Of a DNA stretch of 31,902 bases, positions 27,123 through 31,902 are shown in pieces. A model generated the notes under the pieces. It searched no databases and was not told where the DNA came from. It saw only the letters and a program-made list of their open reading frames with translations. Made by a program: the position numbers and the translations under genes. The DNA lies in the IMG/VR virus record IMGVR_UViG_2925939204_000002; one strand, 5' to 3'. Positions within the stretch are counted from its first letter, which is position 1. Every line of letters starts with the position of its first letter. This stretch comes from a virus (Duplodnaviria; Heunggongvirae; Uroviricota; Caudoviricetes).

Positions 27123-28093
27123 TAAAAAGCCTCCTGATCGTCAAACTCGCCCGCCGCAACCATCGCGTTGTAAGTCGCATCACCCATCACGGCGCCACAA
27201 TCAGGGCAACCGCCGCCATAACGCCCGCAGCAGTCGCAGACAGGCAGCACGCCGATCACTTCTTTGGCCTTCTGCCGGTTGTCTTTGTTGGTGCTGACGG
27301 AACGTTGCACGCTGATTTCGTGCATCTTGAAGGGCTGATAAATCGCGCGGGTGGCTTCGGTGTCGCTGTTGGAAATGACGACCTTCACGCCATGCTTACG
27401 GTTAACTTCCAGCAGTGCCTGGACTAACTGGCGGTGGTTGTCTTCCGTGAATGGTTCGGTGTGGTATTGGGTAAAATCGGCTGTTTTGCTTTCAGGCAGG
27501 TAAGGCGGATCGCAGTAAACGAGAACATCGCCACCCGTGACGACCTGTAGAGAACGCTGGAACGGCGCGCAAAGAAATATTGCCTTTGTATCGTTGGCCT
27601 TTTCGGCAAACAGGCATATTTCATTTTCAGGAAAGTAGACGCTCTTATACTTGCCAAACGGCACGTTAAAGCCGGTCTTCCGGCTGTATCGGCATAAGCC
27701 GTTATAGCCGTGGCGATTCAGATACAGGAATTGAGCAGCGCGCATAATGCACGCCATTTCAGCGACATAACGCAACCCACCGCTTTTTACCGTACCCACC
27801 TGCTTATTGAACGCGGCGCGGACTTCGTTGTATCCCTGCGGGCTGTTCTTACTGTTGAACAGTTCGCGGGCCGCATCGATCACTAAGTCCGGGTAACGAG
27901 TGACTTCCCGATACAGGTTAATAAGGTCCGGGTTGATATCAGCCAGCACATAGCGGCGGTATTCAGTCGCCAGAAATACCGATGCTCCGCCTACGAACGG
28001 TTCGATCAGGCAGTCGGCTTTAGGAAGATGCGGCAGCAGGTCAGGGAGGACACGGGTTTTACCCCCTGCCCATTTGATGAACGGGCGGATCAT
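27122..28093 (-). CDS. DNA adenine (N6) methyltransferase, Dam family, with Cys-rich C-terminal extension
   Basis: 323-aa product; FVGGASVF AdoMet-binding region and DPPY catalytic motif; C-terminal CDCCGRYGGGCPDCG cluster. Confidence 0.85.
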   Translation of the reverse strand: MIRPFIKWAGGKTRVLPDLLPHLPKADCLIEPFVGGASVFLATEYRRYVLADINPDLINLYREVTRYPDLVIDAARELFNSKNSPQGYNEVRAAFNKQVGTVKSGGLRYVAEMACIMRAAQFLYLNRHGYNGLCRYSRKTGFNVPFGKYKSVYFPENEICLFAEKANDTKAIFLCAPFQRSLQVVTGGDVLVYCDPPYLPESKTADFTQYHTEPFTEDNHRQLVQALLEVNRKHGVKVVISNSDTEATRAIYQPFKMHEISVQRSVSTNKDNRQKAKEVIGVLPVCDCCGRYGGGCPDCGAVMGDATYNAMVAAGEFDDQEAF

Positions 28094-28094
28094 T

Positions 28095-28307
28095 TTACAG
28101 GACTCCGTAAGGGGAAGATGGAACAGCCGGACGCAGCAACGCCGTGGTAAGGCGCTGGCGCATGTCGTCGATAAAGCAGGAAACAGAGGGATCGTCAGAA
28201 GAAAGGGTTAACTCACCATCGCGGCGGGTTTTAATCGTCAGCCCTTCACGCTCAACAGCAGGTAAGAGAACGTGCAGGATGAAGTTATATTGATCGCGTT
28301 TAGTCAT
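28095..28307 (-). CDS. Hypothetical early protein (70 aa)
   Basis: ORF coupled to the dam start codon; no recognisable motif. Confidence 0.4.
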   Translation of the reverse strand: MTKRDQYNFILHVLLPAVEREGLTIKTRRDGELTLSSDDPSVSCFIDDMRQRLTTALLRPAVPSSPYGVL

Positions 28308-28349
28308 GATTCGAAGCCTCAGAAATTGCCGGGTTTCCCCGGTAATCTG

Positions 28350-28532
28350 TTACTGGTGATCCGCTGATTGGTTAGCTGACTTGATGGCAGGCCAGACAAG
28401 GAGAAGAAGAGCGCCAACGAAGAAGGCGTCGCCAATCACCGAAAGCAGGTAGCTGGTGAAATCCACTGCTACGACCATGAAGGCCAACAGCAGGGCCAGC
28501 GCCGGACGTAGTGAATCCAGCACGTGCAGCAT
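28350..28532 (-). CDS. Small hydrophobic protein (60 aa), predicted two transmembrane segments
   Basis: ALALLLAFMVVAVDF and FFVGALLLLVWPAI hydrophobic stretches; ATG overlaps the stop of the upstream TerB-like gene. Confidence 0.4.
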   Translation of the reverse strand: MLHVLDSLRPALALLLAFMVVAVDFTSYLLSVIGDAFFVGALLLLVWPAIKSANQSADHQ

Positions 28533-28966
28533 CAGAGATAATCCTCAACACGCAGCCCCAGACGGCGCCCGACCTCTTCCAGCACCTTCTGTTCTTCTGG
28601 TTCGATCTGGCCGTCCGCTTCGGCGATAGTCAGCATGTTGACGAAGACTTCTTCGGCTTCTTTCGGATCGTTTTTGATGTCGTCGATTTCGCGCAAAATG
28701 TTCATGCGGCCAACGCGGAAGCCAGCTTCAAGCTGTTCCGTATAGCGGTTGATGGTGGATGTGATCTCATTGCCGAAATGCGCAAGGCGCGGGTTAGAGC
28801 GGATAAGCTGATCCAGCTTGCTGGTTTCTTCTTTTTCGATCTCGCCATCGGCGGCAGATACCAAAAGGCAACCGCCGACAATAGCTTCCATCAGATCGCG
28901 ATTTTCTACTTTCTTAAGTTCAACTTTTGCCGCTGCTACTTTTTTTCCAAACAGTTTATTAAACAT
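28532..28966 (-). CDS. TerB-like domain protein (about 144 aa)
   Basis: Internal ATG at 28966 with AAGGA RBS; duplicated A(A/E)ADG(E/Q)IE(K/P)EE motifs typical of TerB-fold proteins; AT-rich codon usage. Confidence 0.55.
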   Translation of the reverse strand: MFNKLFGKKVAAAKVELKKVENRDLMEAIVGGCLLVSAADGEIEKEETSKLDQLIRSNPRLAHFGNEITSTINRYTEQLEAGFRVGRMNILREIDDIKNDPKEAEEVFVNMLTIAEADGQIEPEEQKVLEEVGRRLGLRVEDYL

Positions 28967-29059
28967 GCTATTTATCCTTTTTAGGATGAGTGAAAGCGCC
29001 ATCACTTAATTAAGTGACGACAGTGAAGACTGTTTTTAATTACTATTTAACTGGCGTTG

Positions 29060-29290
29060 TTAGCCGATTAAATTTCTCAAAGAATTAACAAAGTTAAAAA
29101 GTAATCCTTTGTTTATCTTCTTCATATAAACAAAGGGCTTACTCATTCCCTTAATAAATTGAACCTTGCCAGGCTCAGGTTTAAAGAATTTCCCGTCTGG
29201 TGTTTCCAGCCAGCCGCGTGAGTTTTTGAAGTGTGTAACCTGGCACCCGTGCTTAAGCAGGCTTGCCAGTGATGGGCCTTCATCGTGCAT
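29060..29290 (-). CDS. Hypothetical protein (about 76 aa), AT-rich
   Basis: Start MHDEGPSLASLLKHGCQVTHFKN at ATG 29290, overlapping the stop of the upstream ORF; no recognisable motif. Confidence 0.4.
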   Translation of the reverse strand: MHDEGPSLASLLKHGCQVTHFKNSRGWLETPDGKFFKPEPGKVQFIKGMSKPFVYMKKINKGLLFNFVNSLRNLIG

Positions 29291-29531
29291 TACTGCCCCC
29301 TTGCTTATACATCTGATCAACCGTGCGCATGGCTTCCGCTAAAGCAAAGTCACGCCCGTAATAATCGCCATTACTGGAAATACGATAAGAGTGCTTAAAC
29401 GTAAATGGATTACGCGGGCACTTTTGAATCGTGAAGCCACGATATAAATATGAGTGACGACTTAACTGTATTAATTGCACAGCCACAAAAGCCCCCTCAC
29501 ATTCCCAATTTAAGCAATTCACCATCAACAT
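29280..29531 (-). CDS. Hypothetical protein (83 aa)
   Basis: ORF in operon context, overlapping neighbours at both ends; no recognisable motif. Confidence 0.35.
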   Translation of the reverse strand: MLMVNCLNWECEGAFVAVQLIQLSRHSYLYRGFTIQKCPRNPFTFKHSYRISSNGDYYGRDFALAEAMRTVDQMYKQGGSNAR

Positions 29532-29700
29532 GGCGCGCCACGTCTTTGGTTATTTTCTTAATCAGCTTTTTATCCCTGATAATAAACTCGCCGCTATTGG
29601 TGCGAATCATGAATCCCGTTTGCATATTTTTTAAATGGGTGTCCAGAATATTGTTACATTCACGCACCCGGTTTTCGTGGTTGGCTGTTTTCTGGCTCAT
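29497..29700 (-). CDS. Hypothetical protein (67 aa) directly downstream of cox
   Basis: ATG at 29700 with GAGGT RBS 7 nt upstream; sequence MSQKTANHENRVRECNNILDTHLKN; occupies the P2 orf78 position. Confidence 0.4.
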   Translation of the reverse strand: MSQKTANHENRVRECNNILDTHLKNMQTGFMIRTNSGEFIIRDKKLIKKITKDVARHVDGELLKLGM

Positions 29701-29710
29701 CGCGATAACC

Positions 29711-29992
29711 TCAAAGACCGATCCACAACAACCACGCGTCGCGCTGTTCTCTCGGACGGTTGTAATAGGCGTCACGCATTGCGCGGTTGAACTCAGGAAT
29801 ATAGATCCAGTTCTCAGCGCGGGCGCCCAGGCTTTCCGGGTTCTTCCACGGGATGATCGGCAACTTACCGTCTTCAATCATGCTCTTAACCGTGGCGGGC
29901 TTCTTACCGATCAATTCGGCAAATTTTGGGTATGGAACCGCGTCAACAGCGTGACGCACTTCAATGAACCCCTCTAACTCTTTGTCTGTCAT
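29711..29992 (-). CDS. cox: Cox-like early regulator / excision directionality factor
   Basis: 93-aa product; IPYPKFAELIGKKPATVKSMIEDGKLPII ... WIYIPEFN ... RDAWLLWIGL aligns with P2 Cox; divergent from C. Confidence 0.8.
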   Translation of the reverse strand: MTDKELEGFIEVRHAVDAVPYPKFAELIGKKPATVKSMIEDGKLPIIPWKNPESLGARAENWIYIPEFNRAMRDAYYNRPREQRDAWLLWIGL

Positions 29993-30082
29993 AGAATTAC
30001 CTCTAATTGATTGTTGCCGGGATTTTTTCTCACGCCCCGGCGCGTGTTACCCTTGTAGCTCTCACACTAATAGGGCAAAAAA

Positions 30083-30322
30083 ATGGACGAATTTAAGGGC
30101 GTTTTTCCTCTACCGATTACTGACCTTAAAGGTCTTAAATTCGACGCCAAGACAGGCGAATTACAACTCGATGTAGTGCTTCCGCACCCTGCTGGTGATA
30201 TTCCTCTGCGATTGCAGTTTTCAGCAGGGGTAACACAATCACTTGCATTGAACTTAGCGAGGACACACAAATTTCTGGACGAGCAACTCGAAGGAACACC
30301 AGTGACAAACGTTCTGCAATAA
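30083..30322 (+). CDS. Hypothetical 79-aa ORF inside the cox-C switch region
   Basis: ORF MDEFKGVFPLPITDLKGLKFDAKTGELQLDVVLPHPAGDIPLRLQF; no family recognised; RBS weak, so coding status uncertain. Confidence 0.35.
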   Translation: MDEFKGVFPLPITDLKGLKFDAKTGELQLDVVLPHPAGDIPLRLQFSAGVTQSLALNLARTHKFLDEQLEGTPVTNVLQ

Positions 30323-30552
30323 CCCGCAGAAAGCCACGTTTTTGACTCCCCTTAATCTGGCGGAATCTCATATGTAAGGCTCCGCCCGATTCTTTCTCTC
30401 CCTCATGTTTCATAACCATTTGTGCTAATCTCCGCATTGGCGCTAGGCGCTTATTTCGGCTTATAACTGCCTAAATTGGCGGTTATGAGTCTGGTTCAAT
30501 TGGTTCCGAGTTATGAACCAGTTGAGTGAATGCTAGATCACAAGTCGGAACC

Positions 30553-30852
30553 ATGTCAATGATCGTATCTGAAAAAATAAAGGCGATTCGAACGGCTGAA
30601 GGACTCAGCCAGAATCAATTTTGCAAAATCATGGAGATACCAATTAGCACCTTGAAAAAATTAGAGGGGGGATATAACGAACCTGGCTGGACAACACTGA
30701 TGAAACTCACCCAGCACCCACTATTTGAAAAGTACACGCTTTGGCTAATGACTGATAAGACCGCTCCGCAAGCTGGTCAAATCGCACCGGCTCTCGCACA
30801 CATTGGGCCAGAATCAACGGAATCAGACCTCTCCGAGAAACAAACTGGTTAA
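30553..30852 (+). CDS. Immunity repressor C (P2 C family)
   Basis: 99 aa from ATG 30553: MSMIVSEKIKAIRTAEGLSQNQ ... KYTLWLMTDKTAPQAGQIAPALAHIGP aligns along its length with P2 C; upstream int, divergent from cox. Confidence 0.8.
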   Translation: MSMIVSEKIKAIRTAEGLSQNQFCKIMEIPISTLKKLEGGYNEPGWTTLMKLTQHPLFEKYTLWLMTDKTAPQAGQIAPALAHIGPESTESDLSEKQTG

Positions 30853-30921
30853 CTATCTATAAACACTACATTTTCACCATCTGCTACCAAGATGGAGAAA
30901 TAAACGCCGGAGGGCTTTCTT

Positions 30922-31902
30922 ATGTCGATTAAGAAGCTCGAAGGTGGTCAATATGAAGTGGACGTATGGCCGCGCGGACGTAACGGAAAACGTATCCGCA
31001 GGCGATTTGAGAAGAAACAAGAGGCAGTTCTTTTTGAGCGTTATGTATTAGCCAACGCCGACAAAAAAGAATGGCTGGGCGCGAGCGTTGACCGCCGCAC
31101 CTTAAGCGAGTTGTTAAATACTTGGTGGCTGCTATATGGACAGACTCAGGAAAATGGCGAGATTGAAAAGCGGCATCTGAATAAAACAATCAGGGCGCTT
31201 GGTGATCCAGCCGTTAACCGACTGAACAAGCGAATGATTGCACAGCACCGTAGCCAACGGCTGGAAGACGGTATCAGCGCAGCAACGATCAACCGGGATA
31301 TTTACCGCTTGTCCGGGATGTTCAGCACGTTGATAAAGCTGGAAGAGTTCAGGAAGGAAAACCCCTGTAAGGGTCTGGAACCACTGAAAGAAGCACCGCC
31401 AGCTATGACCTACCTCGCCAAATCAGAGATCAGCAAATTGCTGGATACTCTGACCGGCGACGATCGACGCGTAGCACTGTTATGCCTAAGCACCGGCGCA
31501 CGCTGGGGCGAAGGTAGCACGCTGCGAGGCGAGCAGGTAAATCACGGGCGCGTGACGTTTCTTAAGACCAAAAACGGGAAAAAGCGCACGGTTCCGATAT
31601 CGGAAGAACTGGAGAAAGAGATCAAGACCAGCGACACTGGGCCACTGTTCAAAGTTGACTATGAAAACTTCTGCGAACGGCTCAGACAGGTTAAGCCCGA
31701 TTTACCACGCGGGCAGGCCACGCATGTGCTTCGGCATACATTTGCAAGCTGGTTCATGATGAACGGGGGGAACATTATTGCGTTACAGCAAATTCTGGGG
31801 CACGCCAGCATACAACAGACGATGGTTTATGCTCACCTTGCACCTGATTACCTGCAACACGCAGTAACGTTAAACCCTCTCGGCGGCGGGCTGGCGGTGT
31901 GA
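30922..31902 (+). CDS. int: Tyrosine site-specific integrase (P2 Int family)
   Basis: 326-aa product with catalytic region HVLRHTFASWFMMNGGNIIALQQILGHASIQQTMVYAHL (conserved His/Arg and Tyr); GGAGGG RBS; stop codon is the last triplet of the window. Confidence 0.9.
   Translation: MSIKKLEGGQYEVDVWPRGRNGKRIRRRFEKKQEAVLFERYVLANADKKEWLGASVDRRTLSELLNTWWLLYGQTQENGEIEKRHLNKTIRALGDPAVNRLNKRMIAQHRSQRLEDGISAATINRDIYRLSGMFSTLIKLEEFRKENPCKGLEPLKEAPPAMTYLAKSEISKLLDTLTGDDRRVALLCLSTGARWGEGSTLRGEQVNHGRVTFLKTKNGKKRTVPISEELEKEIKTSDTGPLFKVDYENFCERLRQVKPDLPRGQATHVLRHTFASWFMMNGGNIIALQQILGHASIQQTMVYAHLAPDYLQHAVTLNPLGGGLAV

Larger units (their letters stand above)
1630..31902. mobile_element. P2-like (Peduovirus-type) prophage, ogr end to int end; int-side att site beyond the window
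   Basis: Contiguous P2 gene order (ogr, D, tail, baseplate, lysis, head, terminase, portal, cos, A, cox, C, int) with FieF as chromosomal flank; left boundary between about 904 and 1630 not resolved. Confidence 0.85.

Noticed and set aside
1-31902. Search for CRISPR arrays, rRNA or tRNA genes (P2-like phages often integrate next to tRNA genes)
   Set aside because: No regularly spaced direct repeats and no cloverleaf-like or rRNA-like segments were recognised; the int-side att site is beyond the window end.

Overview
The window is an almost complete P2-like (Peduovirus-type) prophage of about 30 kb, inserted immediately upstream of the chromosomal fieF gene (1..903, minus strand). All calls below come from reading the ORF translations and the DNA by eye; no database search was run. 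The prophage runs from ogr near 1630 to the integrase stop at 31902, so the int-side attachment site is outside the window. Gene order follows P2: ogr-D, tail module FI-FII-E/E'-T-U, tail fibre and baseplate H-I-J-W-V, S-R, lysis cassette, X-L-M-N-O, divergent terminase P and portal Q, cos, then A, dam, cox, C and int. Departures from the P2 layout are the most interesting parts: (1) an AT-rich 370-aa gene of unknown function sits alone between cos and the replication gene A, the position P2 uses for old/tin, and is the strongest candidate for a new anti-phage defence gene; (2) the FI-U tail module is inverted relative to D/ogr and the rest of the late genes, with a Hin/Gin-family invertase at one junction; (3) a truncated tail-fibre-assembly gene and a hix/gix-like site next to the invertase look like a decayed invertible tail-fibre switch; (4) a ~57-bp structured repeat follows both the invertase and the endolysin; (5) an AT-rich block of small genes including a TerB-like protein replaces the P2 orf78/B segment; (6) an extra 79-aa ORF sits in an expanded cox-C switch region; (7) a lipoprotein gene lies between ogr and fieF. 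No CRISPR array, rRNA or tRNA was recognised.
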